DNA of 64,000 nt from Octopus vulgaris. Lineage: Eukaryota. The notes beneath the pieces are model-generated. The model was not told the origin of the DNA, did not search any database, and saw nothing but the letters and a program-made list of their open reading frames with translations. The stretch covers positions 11,532,001-11,596,000 of the forward strand of contig OX597835.1 in NCBI GenBank assembly GCA_951406725.2, in the 5' to 3' direction. The translations under genes and the position numbers were made by a program. Below are positions 13,260 to 27,152 of this stretch, piece by piece (positions within the stretch are counted from its first letter, which is position 1; every line of letters starts with the position of its first letter).

Positions 13260-13600
13260 ACTATTAGTTACGATCATAATGAACGTTTCTTGAGAAAACA
13301 CATCTCCAACGAAGAGGTCTCTTTATTTAGAAATAAGTTTAGGGCTGGGTCCTACTTGCTGGAATCGCAAATGTACTGGATGGGACCCGTGATCTGTAAG
13401 AAGGAAAATAGGATCTACAAGATTGTCCTGTTCGACGAGGAGAATATGATAGCTGCAGAAGAGGGCTTTCGACACTTCGTTATAGCTCTATCATCAAATG
13501 ATATCACACGACATTACATTGGAACGTGCGACTTGGCCGTGACTGAGAAGACGGCGATTGGCCCGCAAACAATGGCAGAGGCGCATGAACAAAGGAGCAA
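13260..13600 (+). pseudogene. Possible highly degenerate RTE-like LINE C-terminal remnant
   Basis: KHISNEEV...SQMYWMGPV...RIYKIVLFDE resembles the RTE post-RT pattern (ISNxEV..QLRWxGHV..RxPKxVLxGE). Confidence 0.45.
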
Positions 13601-13618
13601 GTGTTGTAGAGTAGATAG

Positions 13619-13999
13619 GAGCACTCCGTCGGTTACGACGATGAGGGTCCCAGCTGATACGATCAACGGAACAGCTTGCTCGTGGAATTAACGTGCAAGT
13701 GGCTGAGCATTCCACAGACACGTGTACCCTTAACGTAGTTCTCGAGGAGATTCAGCGTGACACAGAGTGTTACAAGGCTGGCCCTTTGAAATACAGGTAC
13801 AACAGAAACAGGAAGTAAGAGCGAGAGAAAGTTGTGGTGAAAGAGTACAGCAAGGATCACCACCATCCCCTGCAGGAGCCTTGTGAAGCTTTAGGTGTTT
13901 TCGCTCAATAAACACTCACAATGCCCGGTCTGGGAATCGAAACCGCGATCCTACGGCCGCGAGTCCGCTGCCCTAACCACTGGGCCATTGCGCCTCCAC
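13619..13999 (-). mobile_element. SINE family B, full length
   Basis: Reverse complement of the 12390-12773 family. Confidence 0.9.
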
Positions 14000-14211
14000 G
14001 TTGTAGAGTAAAACTGCATGAGGAAGAAAAGGCCTGAGCAAGATCCTCTACACAAGAATTACTAGCACTACGTTAGATACCTGTAGTCAGGTTTGTGCCC
14101 AAAGTTTTGGTCTGCAGTGCGAAGAAAGAGAAAATATTGTTCTTTCAACATATATGGAAACAAAATCGCTTCTGCCAAATCATATTTCATTTCGAGTGAC
14201 AGCCAAGACCT

Positions 14212-14311
14212 CACACACACACACACACACACACATAATCTATCACCACCACATACCACACACAATGCACACATACACACAAACACACATACATATATCT
14301 GAGCACAATGA

Positions 14312-14358
<47 letters not shown>

Positions 14359-14429
14359 TACCACCACCACACACCACACACAATGCTCACATACACACAA
14401 ACACACATACATATATCTGAGCACAATGA

Positions 14430-14466
<37 letters not shown>

Positions 14467-14537
14467 TACCACCACCACACACCACACACAATGCACACAT
14501 ACACACAGACACACATACATATATCTGAGCACAATGA

Positions 14538-14584
<47 letters not shown>

Positions 14585-14611
14585 TACCACCACCACACAC
14601 CACACACAATG

Positions 14612-14645
<34 letters not shown>

Positions 14646-14923
14646 ATCTACCACCACCACACACCACACACAATGCACACATACACACAGACACACATAC
14701 ATATATCTGAGCACAATGAGACACACACACACACACACACAATCTACCACCTTCACACACCACACACAATGCACACATACACACACACACACAATCTACC
14801 ACCACCACACACCACACACAATGCACACATACACACAAACACACATATATATATCTGAGCACAACGAGACACAAAGAAACACACACACACACACACAGAC
14901 ACACACACACACAGACACACACA

Positions 14924-14975
<52 letters not shown>

Positions 14976-14990
14976 TACAGAAACACACTC
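14212..14990 (+). repeat. CA-rich compound minisatellite
   Basis: Unit aatctaccaccaccacacaccacacacaatgcacacatacac, with or without atatctgagcacaatgaga, alternating with (CA)n; 7 units. Confidence 0.9.
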
Positions 14991-15708
14991 GCACATCCTT
15001 TCTGTATTACACATATGTCCGCATTTGTAGAGGTGGACTCAATGCCCGTCCAATCAGCAGATTCTTAATCAAATTTACCATTCGTCGTATCGATATGGAG
15101 TAAACGTTTCCACAGATGAGCGAAAAATCTGACAAAGTAGAAAATAAATCGACGCTAATCCACTTAGAATACCAAAATAAGATAAAAACGAAAAAGCAAA
15201 AAAATAAAACACACACACACATACACGCAAAGCAAGACAACATCTTCCCCCGTTTATCACGTTGAGTGCGTTAAATAGATGGATGTAAGATGGACGGAAA
15301 GAATGGTGAAGTCTTAGAGATAAACTTGTATTCGGTGAGGGAGGGTTTCTACAACATGCATTAAAAATAAGAGTGAAAAGAAATACTACTGACACTTAAA
15401 TTATTAACGCATAGTTTATGGGATATGATTAATAAAATTTAGACCGTTTAATGCATTATATTTAGATTGTCAAGTTAGCGGTTGATGGTCACCGAATAAT
15501 TCTTATGATTGATGAAGAAAGAGGAGTGACACAATTGCATTCCAGTTCCATTAAATATGGTTTCATTAGTGTCAAACGTCTGCTACAAATACAGAATCGG
15601 TTTACTATGGTTATACGTATATGGATCCACATTTATGTCAATATTAATGGGAGTGTCTATTCATCTATCTAACTGTCTCTTAAAGTGCACGCACGCATAC
15701 ACACATAG

Positions 15709-15757
<49 letters not shown>

Positions 15758-15787
15758 CACACACTCACACGTAGTGAGATGTATACT

Positions 15788-16195
15788 CTTTTACTCTCTT
15801 TTTTCTTGTTTCAGTCATGTGACTGTGGCCATGCTGGAGCACCACCTTTTAGTCGAGCAAATCGATCTCCAGGACTTATTCTTTGTAAGCCTAGTACTTA
15901 TTCTATCGGTCTATTTTGCCGATCCGCTAAGTTACGGGGACGTAAACACCAGCATCGGTTGTCAAGCGATGTTGGAGGGGGGCGGGGGGGGGGGGGCAAA
16001 TACAGACACACAAACACGCACATACATATATATACATATATACATATATACGACGGGCTTCTTTCAGTTTCCGTCTACCAAGGCTTTGGTCGGCCCGAGG
16101 CTTTAGTAGAAGACACTTACCCAAGGTGACACGCAGTGGGAATGAACCCGGAACCATATGGTTCGTAAGCAAGCTACTTACCACACAGCCACTCT
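15788..16195 (-). mobile_element. SINE family C
   Basis: Reverse copy with a small internal deletion. Confidence 0.85.
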
Positions 16196-16484
16196 GACGC
16201 TTATGTTGACGCAGGCATGGGTGTGTGGTTAAGGACTCGATTTACAACCGCGTGGTTTCGTGTTCAATGTCACTTGGGCGTCCTTTGCCATAACCCCGGG
16301 ACGACAATTGTCTTGTGAGTAAATTTGATTGACATACATGCATGCATACACACACATACGTACGTACATACATTCACATATATATGTATGCATTTGTGTG
16401 TATGTGCGCGTGTGTTTGTACGTATGTATGTATGTATGTATGTATGTATGTATGTATGTATGTATGTATGTATGTATGTATGTG

Positions 16485-17060
16485 ACTGTATGGTAAGTAG
16501 CTTGCTTACCAACCACATGGTTCCGGGTTCAGTCCCACTGCGTGGCACCTTGGGCAAGTGTCTTCTACTATAGCCTCGGGCCGACCAAAGCGTTGTGAGT
16601 GGATTTGGTAGACGGAAACTGAAAGAAGCCCGTCGTATATATGTATATATATAAATAAATGAAAGAATGGAGTCGAACGACGATTTAACAAAATTCCTTT
16701 ATTCTCGACATATGTTTCGAAGACTGCATATTCTCAATTCCGAAGGAATAAAGGGTGCATTATGCCGCCTTCTCATCAGGAAAAACAAGGAACTTATGTC
16801 AGCATCATGACGAACAAAAACTTTTAGATGACTGCCCACTCGGAGTCCATGTTTGTGTGTCTGTGTTTGTCCCCCTAGCATTGCTTGACAACCGATGCTG
16901 GTGTGTTTACGTCGTCACCACTTAGCAGTTCGGCAAAAGATACCGATAGAATAAGTACTGGGCTTACAAAGAGTAAGTCCCGGGGTCGATTTGCTCGACT
17001 TAAGGCGGTGCTCCAGCATGGCCGCAGTCAACTGATTGAAACAAGTAAAAGAGTAAAAAA
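16485..17060 (+). mobile_element. SINE family C interrupted at its internal (TA)n by a hammerhead element (16652-16850)
   Basis: 5' half to about 16650 and 3' half from about 16851 match family C. Confidence 0.85.
16702..16784 (-). ncRNA. Type I hammerhead ribozyme (H10; canonical CUGAUGA, GUC site)
   Basis: Minus strand TTTTC-CTGATGA-GAAGGCGGCATA...TATGCAGTCTTC-GAA-ACATATGT-C-GAGAA. Confidence 0.85.
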
Positions 17061-17224
17061 GTATGTATTATGCCAGGCTACTCTTAATGCTACTGTTAAC
17101 ATGTAACCCATTACAATCCATTACATGGTCGGGGCATCGTCTACTAATCCGGCAATCCTACCAAACCAACAGTCACAGCAATGCTGCAAAATAACGTAAT
17201 CGAAAAGAAAATTAAGTCGGTTTA

Positions 17225-17445
17225 CGCACAATTTTAAAAGGCGTTACGAAAACCATTAATCTTCTTTCCGACACATGGACAAAAACAAAGCCTCAAAGGT
17301 GGCTAGCCGTATATGGGATCTGAAGCCCAACTTCACACCGTATAAAATCGAATGGAGCATCGCAATGAAAATCTACGTCATAAGTAAATGGATCAAAGAA
17401 ATGCAAGCTATGTATAGCCGAAAGATCGCACATTCATTTCAGATC
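17225..17445 (+). pseudogene. Degenerate Penelope-like GIY-YIG endonuclease C-terminal fragment (Nematis/Naiad-like pattern)
   Basis: FKRRYENH*SSFRH...RIWDLK....YKIEWSI, then (frameshift) KKCKLCIAE; matches the FKxRxxNHxxSF..IWxLK..CxLCxxE signature of PLE endonucleases. Confidence 0.7.
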
Positions 17446-17802
17446 CACTGCATAGAATCTTGGGCATGTGTCTCCAGCTATAGCCTTGTAAGTGGATTTA
17501 GTAGACGGAAACTGAAAGAATCCCGTCGTATATATACATACAAACTATGTGTGTGTATGTGTTATATGTGTGTATATATGTTTTCTTGTGTGTGTGTTTG
17601 TGCGTGAGTTGTGTGTCTTGGTGTGTATGTTTATCCTCAACTAGCGGTTGACAACTGGTGTTGTTATGTTTACGTCCCCATAAGTTAGCGTTTTGGTACC
17701 GGTTTAAAAATAAATAAGTACTTTTGCCGATCCCTTCGACTAAAACTCTTAAAGGCGGTGCTCCAGCATGACCACAAAGTAATGACTGAAACAAGCAAAA
17801 AG

Positions 17803-17873
<71 letters not shown>

Positions 17874-17913
17874 AATTTTTTCTATCTATCTGTCTGTCTA
17901 TCTATCTATCAAC

Positions 17914-18240
17914 ATGTGACTTCATTGACCGAGGTTACCGTGGTCTTTTCCGTAGGCTTTTCTTTCCACGGGTAAACCTCACCTGTCCTCCTCTTTACAC
18001 TTCATATTGACATATCTGTGATTACGATCCCTATTGATCAACTTTTTTTCCTCTCCCCTTTTCTTTTTTTTTCCTCTCCCACCCTTTTTTTAAAATCCTC
18101 CCCTTTTTTTTGTCCTCTTTCTTTCCTTTTACGATCCCTTTTGATCGAAAACCAACCCCCTTTTTTTTACCCCCAAAAGAAAAGCTCTACCTTGTAATTT
18201 GTTCTGTCTGTGTGCAGCCCTGTGTGGCTAATAAAGAAAC
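17914..18240 (+). mobile_element. Pyrimidine-rich retroposon 3' end inserted in (TATC)n, possibly a Tx1/L1-type 3'UTR
   Basis: Flanked by (CTAT)n; ends tgtgtgcagccctgtgtggctaataaagaaa, similar to the SINE A tail. Confidence 0.55.
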
Positions 18241-18282
18241 ATATCTATCTATCAACATCCATTTATCTATCTATCTATCTTT

Positions 18283-18394
<112 letters not shown>

Positions 18395-18748
18395 TTCTCT
18401 CTCTCTCTCTATATATATATATATGTATATATATTGTATATATACTACTCACTCAAACTCAAACACACACAAAATATTTATAATGTGACTATCCGACCAG
18501 TATATAGTTTGCATTATTAATTCTTACAAGTTGACGAGAAACTGTAAATAGATGTTTTCATTCCATCCAGTATTGTCTTCACTTATTTCTTTCTCTCTTT
18601 CGTTTGCTGTGATTCTTTCACTGATTTCCAATGCTTTAACCACCAGGCTAAGGAAAATCATAGAATTTGGAAAATCTTTACTATCTCTCTCCTTTTCTTC
18701 CTTTCTCTTTCGCTCTATGTCAGTTTCTCTCTCTTTCTCTCCCTGTAT

Positions 18749-18806
<58 letters not shown>

Positions 18807-18823
18807 GTATATACATACATACA

Positions 18824-18881
<58 letters not shown>

Positions 18882-18906
18882 CATACATACATACATACAT
18901 AGATAC

Positions 18907-18951
<45 letters not shown>

Positions 18952-18958
18952 CATACAT

Positions 18959-19027
<69 letters not shown>

Positions 19028-19272
19028 TATATATTTTGGCGGTACAAATATACATTTGTAAGTGTCCACATATAAATATGTATGCGTGTTGGTATGCATG
19101 TGTCTGTATGTGCGTGTGTTGCGTATGTATGTACGCAAACACACATACACACACATATATATAGATATATATATGCATATGTATATATTTGTATATATTT
19201 ATGTATATCAAATATATGTACGCATATATATAAATATATAACATAAATATCTGTATAAATATAAACATTTAA

Positions 19273-19313
<41 letters not shown>

Positions 19314-19930
19314 TGGCTCAATACACGCACATACACACATAGACGTACACAAATTCATGCAGGAACATTTAGAGACATAAGTAAACACACACATACACAC
19401 GCACACACCACCATACACACATGCGTTTGTATAACCACAGACATGAAATTTCCTTCGCATTCCTGATGGATTTATTTCATCGTGATACTTTCCCGCTGCG
19501 AGAATAATATATAAACCCCAGCATAGCAAAGATTGTCAAATTGATTCTGCTATAAGCGATATATTCACACTGATGTCTAGATTAAACACGGATTATATGC
19601 AGAAGAATTGGTGATATTTTTATACAGGCATTATATTAAAACGATAAGGTGAGCGATTGCTTTTGCCACCAAACGAAATTCTTAACTTTTCAGAATTCAC
19701 CAAGTGATTAAGACTACGGGAACAGGAAAGATTGAAGAAAGAAAGAATAATAATAGACGAGAAAGTATTATTTTGACATATTGAGTGTTCTGTGTACTAT
19801 ATTCTTGACACTATTGTAATTGTATATGTATGCAGAAAGCATGTCTGAGTAATATATATTCTATGGACATCTCCACGTTTCAACGTTTCGCATCCCTCCA
19901 TCTGTTCATTCATTCACCCATCCTTCCGCC

Positions 19931-20130
<200 letters not shown>

Positions 20131-20190
20131 GTCCATTTTCTTCGCTCACTCTTTCAGGAGGGTTGATCTATGTGTCGGTCTGTCTGTGTG

Positions 20191-20271
<81 letters not shown>

Positions 20272-20273
<2 letters not shown>

Positions 20274-20580
20274 GTCCATTTTCTTCGCTCACTCTTTCAG
20301 GAGGGTTGTGCATGTAGAGACTCCAGGCATCTCCCTCCTGGGGTCTTGTCAGAAACAACCGTTATTCCACTTTGCGACTGGATTCCTAAGCGTCACTGAC
20401 TGAGACTATCGAAGTTATTCAGCCACCTCATCCTTGGTTTACTCCTGGGTCTCCTTTGGTTGCCTCGGCTTAAAGAATCTGCCTTGGGGTTCTTCTCTGC
20501 GATATCTTAATCCCAATTCTGTTGCATCAGGGCCGTGACCCCTCAATGCATACGACCTGACGAGTCTTTCATCTCCGAAC
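20272..20580 (-). pseudogene. RTE-like LINE 3' end with (GATA)n tail
   Basis: Minus strand QRRPRSKPRMRWLNN...LGIQ, then gagcgaagaaaatggacagatagatag; the tail segment is duplicated at about 20130-20165. Confidence 0.6.
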
Positions 20581-20757
20581 TATGTCTTTCCCTATCCACA
20601 TTTTTATTTTTGAGCAAGTACTTTGAAGTGATGGGTCTAACTTCGTTAAAGCGGAGTAATAAGTCTAAAAAAATGCACCAAATATACTTACTAAAGTATT
20701 TAGTACTTACTAAATAGTTAGTTATCTACGCAAATATACACACATCCACACACGTAT

Positions 20758-21680
20758 ATGAAATGGTGATATAAGATAATTTTAAGAAGAATCTTCAGCA
20801 GGTACAATGTCTAATGGCGGTTTAATAAGATTTCGGATGCCATAATTCTTTGTAGACATAAATATTTATCAACGTTTTAATTTTTTTCCAAAATAATTAG
20901 TTTATATGATTTTAAACTATTTACCGTTCGTGCATTTGGATTCATCTTAAAACACTATTATCAATAATTTTATAATCTATTTAAACATGTAAACTCAGTT
21001 CTTATTATACTCTTTACTCTTTTACTCTTTTACTTGTTTCAGTCATTTGACTGTGGTCATGCTGGAGCACCGCCTTTAGTCGAGCAAATCAACCCCGGGA
21101 CTTATTCTTTGTAAGCCTAGTACTTATTCTATCGGTCTCTTTTGCCGAACCTCTAAGTGACGGGGACGTAAACACACCGGCATCGGTTGTCAAGCAATGC
21201 TAGAGGGAGAAACACAGACACACAAACATACACACACACACACATATATATATACATACATATATACGACAGGCTTCTTTCAGTTTCCGTCTACCAAATC
21301 CACTCACAAGGCTTTGGTTGGCCCAAGGCTATAGTAGAAGACACTTGCCCAAGATGCCACGCAGTGGGACTGAACCCGGAACCATGTGGTTGGTAAGCAA
21401 GCTACTTACCACACAGCCACTCCTGCGCCTATATATCTTTCGCCTGAACAGTATGTTCTTTCGATACAGCATTCGAATTTTTAAAATTCTTTAAAAATTA
21501 TAATTTTTTTTCAGAATTTAAAAACAAAAGCTCTTTTATAAATCTTCTTAAATTAACTCTGACGAGAGAAATGATTGTTATAGTTTGAAATAATTCGCCC
21601 ATTTCAACCAACATACACCCGAAAGCGCCACTGTACCTGCTGATGATTCTTCTTAAAATCATCTTATACCACCATTTCAT
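20758..21680. mobile_element. Putative MITE with 49-bp terminal inverted repeats, carrying a SINE C insertion
   Basis: 20758-20806 and 21632-21680 are reverse complements with 3 mismatches. Confidence 0.6.
21008..21430 (-). mobile_element. SINE family C, full length
   Basis: Head ggcgcaggagtggctgtgtggtaag on the minus strand; (gtaaaaga)n tail. Confidence 0.9.
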
Positions 21681-21950
21681 CTGTTTGGATTAGCATTTTA
21701 CATTCACCATGTGCACCTTTTAATATCCTCATTCATTGAATTCTAATATGGACAAACAACCTCATAAGATGTCATGCAAGTACATTTATGATTTATATGT
21801 ATTTATATCTACGTATATTTATATATTTTTATATTATATCATATATATATATATATGAGCGCACCACTGTATGGTGTGATGTATTCCGATGGTGTGAAAT
21901 ATATTAAGGGATTAAGAACGCTGACCTTTGAAATTTGTCCTCTTTTTCAT

Positions 21951-22001
<51 letters not shown>

Positions 22002-22130
22002 GAATAGATACATAGTATACTTATATATACGTGTGTGTGTATGTACAATTATATGCATCTATGTATAATATATAATATATATTATATCCATTTATGTGTG
22101 CGTGTGTATATATACATGCCTATATGTATA

Positions 22131-22184
<54 letters not shown>

Positions 22185-22966
22185 TATGTGTGTGTGTAGT
22201 TGATTAGCTCCACTCCAATACTTATATTGAATTATTCTATCAGTCTCTTGATGCCAAACCGCTAAGTTACGGGTGCATGAACAAATCAGGAATGATTGTC
22301 AAACCGCGAGAGACGAACACAGTTAAAGACAATACACGAAGGCACATGCAGACAAGGCTTCGAGAGTTGCCGCCAACAAGATTCACTTTCAAATTCCGCC
22401 GAGGTCGACTTTGCATTTCATCGTTTGGGGGTCAATAAAGTAAGTACCAGTAGCCTTCTGGGGTCGATCAAATCGACTGGTCCCGTCCCCCAAAATTTCG
22501 GGCCGTATTCTTAGAGTAGAAAAGATTATAACAAAAGACACTTGCGAAGCGAACGTCTTAACCATAGTCATGCCTGCACTTCTTTCTCTCTCTCTCTCTG
22601 TCCCTCTTTCTCTCCTTCTCTTTCCCTTCCCTCTCTCTTTCTCACACATACTCTCTTTCCCTCTTTCTTTATAGCAAAGCAGTCAGAAACGCGATGTTGT
22701 GGTACGTATTTTGTATGACGTAATGCAAGAAAAACGAATAAAATGCTATGCTGTTGAAACATATGTAGCATGAATTGATCTTTAATCACCCGTTCTTCTG
22801 TTGTTGTGTATATTTACTGCATACTGGCCATTAATTTTAGTGCTAAAGGAAATTGGCGTTGTAGAGAACATCCCTCTGTGTCGACTACGAGCCAATCAGA
22901 TGGTGAAAGTTACTGAGCCAACCAAGAACGACGGGATCCAAATCAACTGATATAAATGCATAATGA

Positions 22967-23857
22967 TGGCTAATCTAGAAACGTTAACGTTCTCAAATGA
23001 TCTTTGTACTTGTGATATTTTTCTGTTTTTACCTCCATACCTTCGTGAGTTATTTATGAGTAAACATTATCTGAGAGAAATTTTCTTAAAGTAGTGGAAA
23101 TGGCTAAAAAAATTTTTTGGCTGCTATTTCTAGAAAGTTCAGTATGTGGCAAAGTAATTTATTTTACTAAGCCCTAATTATATAATGTAATATTTTGAAT
23201 TCGCCTTAACTGGTCCTTTTACATACTGAACACTACTTGGTGAAATTGATTAATAACTAATTAATTTTTACCCTCAATTGTTGATATTATAATTCATTTC
23301 TCTCTGTTCTATTGCTTCGGTTCTCACCGTTAAAATATATGTTTACTAGATAACCCACGTGGGTGGAAGGCGAGAGAGCAGGAATCTTCGCTTGCGCATT
23401 TTGAATTTGTTAGTACTGGCAGTCTGAGCGTGTTCATCTGAGGTGATACGTCGCCGAAGGGTATGTTCTTCCTTTTAGTGCTTTCAAATCCAAATTAAGA
23501 AATGTTGAGCTGGCGAAAGAAATGCTGAGTTTATTTGGCTAATCTAGAAACGTTAACGTTCTCAAATGATCTTTGTACTTGTGATATTTTTCTGTTTTTA
23601 CCTCCATACCTTCGTGAGTTATTTATGAGTAAACATTATCTGAGAGAAATTTTCTTAAAGTAGTGGAAATGGCTAAAAATATTTTTGGGCTGCTATTTCT
23701 AGAAAGTTCAGTATGTGGCAAAGTAATTTATTTTACTAAGCCCTAATTATATAATGTAATATTTTGAATTCGCCTTAAATGGTCCTTTTACATACTGAAC
23801 ACTACTTGGTGAAATTGATTAATAACTAATTAATTTTTACCCTCAATTGTTGATATA
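22967..23857 (+). mobile_element. Tandem pseudo-LTR/retrozyme-like element (570-nt period, direct repeats of about 320 bp) ending at (TA)n
   Basis: 22967-23287 is repeated at 23537-23857 with few mismatches; a hammerhead spans the start of the second repeat; CCAAT and TATAAA lie upstream (about 22890-22956). Confidence 0.8.
23505..23565 (+). ncRNA. Type I hammerhead ribozyme (H8; CUGGCGA variant core)
   Basis: TTGAG-CTGGCGA-[AAGA..GCTGAG ttta TTTGGC..TCTA]-GAA-ACGTTAACGT-T-CTCAA; perfect stem I and 10-nt palindromic stem III. Confidence 0.75.
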
Positions 23858-24885
23858 TATATATATATATATACACGTATGTGTGTAAGAAAACCAACGA
23901 TTATTCCGGTATTCCGATTTAAATATGGAAGAAGCCGATTTTCTCCGATAGAGAAAGAGTTAAGAAATTCATTGGGAAATATGGATATATACTCTCTCAC
24001 ATTTAGGGCTTGATTGTATTCTGTATTCCATAGAGTCTTTAATCTACTAGATTCTTGTTAATGGAATGAGAACTCATAAACTCAGTGAATAAGGAAATAG
24101 ATTTTTCTCAAATAATAAACGAGCTTGAAGCTTATATATCCAGAGATTTAAAACTACTTTTCAGATGCGATTTTGAATACGAGAATGTTCGATAAAACTG
24201 TTGGGGTTTTGCTCCTTCAGCTTCAAAAATAATTTATTCGTGAAGCGTTTAGCGGTAGTATCAGCCGAGATTACCTAACCAATATTTTTTGCAAGATATT
24301 CTTTCCAATTGATGCAACAAAACTGAAATGGCCGTTGTAGGTACTGAACTTTGACAAAGAAGTAATAACCATTTTAAAATTGTTTTAAAAATTCTTCCTG
24401 AATGATTGAAATTAAAACCATAAGACCGTGCATTTACAATTAACTGTTTGATTTTGAAAGAAAGTTTTATTTCACCTTCTCTACACGGATACTCACTCAT
24501 TCGTTGTACCATAATTTTTATAATTATGTGTAAAGTTTTAACATTAAATTATATTTACCTTTCATTTATCTTCACTTCAAAACGTTAAAAAAAATTTCGA
24601 TACTAAAAAAAAAAACAGCAAAAAGTCAATAAAAGATCAAAATAACAGCGTATAAAAATAGTAAAAGACAGAAAAAAGCTCGAAGACTTCGACATTATTG
24701 TTGGATAATTGAGGAAAATTCCATCTCGATTATAGCTCAATGATCACTGTGTTGGAATCAAAATTATTTGTCCAATTCTTATTATGTTGCTTTACAGCTA
24801 GGAATGGTGCTAATGGATATAAAGTAGAGTTGGTTGTCATCTGTATTATTATTATTATTGTTATTATTATTATTATTACTACTAC

Positions 24886-24951
<66 letters not shown>

Positions 24952-25187
24952 CATTATTATTATTATTATTACTAATATTATTATTATTATTAAACCGATG
25001 TTTTTTTCCACTTCTTTTCGAATGTAAATTTCCAGAAAATCCATTTAGTACATAAATCCCACCTCCGTCCCCCCACCACAAAAGCCACAAAATTCACACT
25101 TAAAATCTTATTAGTTATCTTTTTAGCTGTTATTTAACAGAATTTTGATTTCTCAGTTGTTATCTTCCCCATCTTATATAAAAATAT

Positions 25188-25250
<63 letters not shown>

Positions 25251-25617
25251 ATCATCTGGACATCGTTTTATATTTTTTGATATTCTTTTTAGAAAGTCTG
25301 TAAAATATCTCTATTTCCTATACACATTTTCTCTTGAAATAAATTTTATGGTAAGCAATGTCGATAAAACTGATACGTTGCCACCGCAAATATTCTTCTT
25401 GCTATGTTTTTCTCAAAACCGTAAAAGAGTCGGAAAAAATGCTTAGCTGTATTTTTTACTCTGGTTCTTTATGTTCTGAGTTCAAATTCCACCGAGGTCG
25501 ACTTTGCCTTTTATTTTTATTTTTTTCGAAGTCGATAAATTAAGTACCAGATAAAACCCTGGAGTCATGAAATCGACGAGTCCCCTCCCGAAATGTCAGG
25601 CCTTTTACTTATAACAG

Positions 25618-26005
25618 TGGAGGCGCAATGGCCCAGTGGTTAGGGCAGCGGACTCGCGGTCATAGGATTGCGGTTTCGATTCCCAGACCGGGCGTTGTGA
25701 GTGTTTATTGAGCGAAAACACCTAAAGCTCCACGAGGCTCCGGCAGGGGATGGTGGTGATCCCTGCTGTACTCTTTCACCACAACTTTCTCTCACTCTTA
25801 CTTCCTGTTTCTGTTGCACCTGTATTTCAAAGGGCCGGCCTTGTCACTCTCTGTGGTGTCACGCTGAATATCCCCGAGAACTACGTTAAGGGTACGCGTG
25901 TCTGTGGAGTGCTCAGCCACTTACACGTTAATTTCACGAGCAGGTTGTTCCGTTGATTCGGATCAACTGGAATCCTCGTCGTCGTAACCGACGGAGTGCT
26001 TCCAT
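25618..26005 (+). mobile_element. SINE family B, full length
   Basis: tRNA-like head and conserved body of about 385 bp. Confidence 0.9.
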
Positions 26006-26044
26006 CCCACTTATAACAGAAATTATTATCATTATTATCATTTT

Positions 26045-26520
26045 CTCTATACCTTAGGTTTCGTAGCAGCTTCTATTGTCTTGCATGCGTTGCGGGTTTT
26101 CTACCTGCAGCCTTCGGTACCTGGCTACTCGTTATTTTCATCTAATACTTACCTGGTTATTCTGGTTGTGCTTCATGTTTTTTTATGTACTTCTTCCCTT
26201 GTTTCCCCTTTTTTTCTCTGCTTTCAATACTCGCTCCTTCCTGATTGTCACTAGCAAGGTTTCCTTACTTTGGGCTAGGTATTTCATTAAGCTCTTGAAT
26301 TCAATACGCACACAGTCTTCGACACTTATCAAGCCTCTTCCTTTATTGCTCTCTTCATGTTTAGGCGATCAGTGTCTTCACGTGGATGATGGGCTTCATG
26401 CATTGTTTGGGGCTTTCTTGACTTCCTGTCCTTCTCCCTTAGTTCCTCCTCTGCCCGCTTCAGGATTCCAGCGCCATAACGAACTACTGCGACTGCGAGC
26501 GAATTTGTCGCCGAAATTAT
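26045..26520 (-). pseudogene. R4/Dong-clade LINE fragment (RT thumb region)
   Basis: ISATNSLAVAVVRYGAGILK..EEELREKDRKSRK..TMHEAHHPREDTDRL matches the R4/Dong pattern IxAINxxAVxVxRYxAGI..ELxxxDRKTRKxxTMxxxxHPxxDxDRL. Confidence 0.8.
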
Positions 26521-26587
26521 TATTATGATGATGATGATGAGCGAATTTGTCGCCGAAATTATTATTATGATGATGATGATGATGATG

Positions 26588-26620
<33 letters not shown>

Positions 26621-26642
26621 GTCATCGTCATCATCATCATCG

Positions 26643-26709
<67 letters not shown>

Positions 26710-26768
26710 CATCATCATCGTCATCATCATCGTCATTATTATTATTATTATCATTATCATCATCATTG

Positions 26769-26809
<41 letters not shown>

Positions 26810-27116
26810 GACGTCGTGAGATTGTTGACTGAAGATCTTGTGTCTATCGGGGGTTTATACTGTTTGTCAAGTCACAACAAGGACCTCAGACAGACACAAT
26901 ATGCGTGCAGTTCCAAGTAATACCGACTTTTGCAATACATCTAGATTTTAGGGTGTTTCTAAGGTTTTCAGATGTTTTTCTTTTCAGATTGCGTGGGTAT
27001 TGAGCCGAATGATCCGATGACAAAAGGGATGACCTTTATTTTCGACTCTCGTAGCTGCCACATCTTAGCGATCTCAATTCTCAGGTCTCCATATTTATCA
27101 AGCTTTTCTCTTTCCT

Positions 27117-27117
<1 letters not shown>
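26810..27117 (-). mobile_element. R4/Dong-clade LINE 3' end (restriction-like endonuclease) in (TAA)n
   Basis: KEREKLDKYGDLRIEIAKMWQL..IKVIPFVIGSFGSIP...LQKSVLLGTARIL; (TAA)n on both sides. Confidence 0.85.
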
Positions 27118-27151
<34 letters not shown>

Positions 27152-27152
27152 G

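Noticed and set aside
14075-14086. 12-nt match to the 3' end of miR-993 (recalled from memory) on the minus strand
   Set aside because: No seed match and no precursor hairpin.
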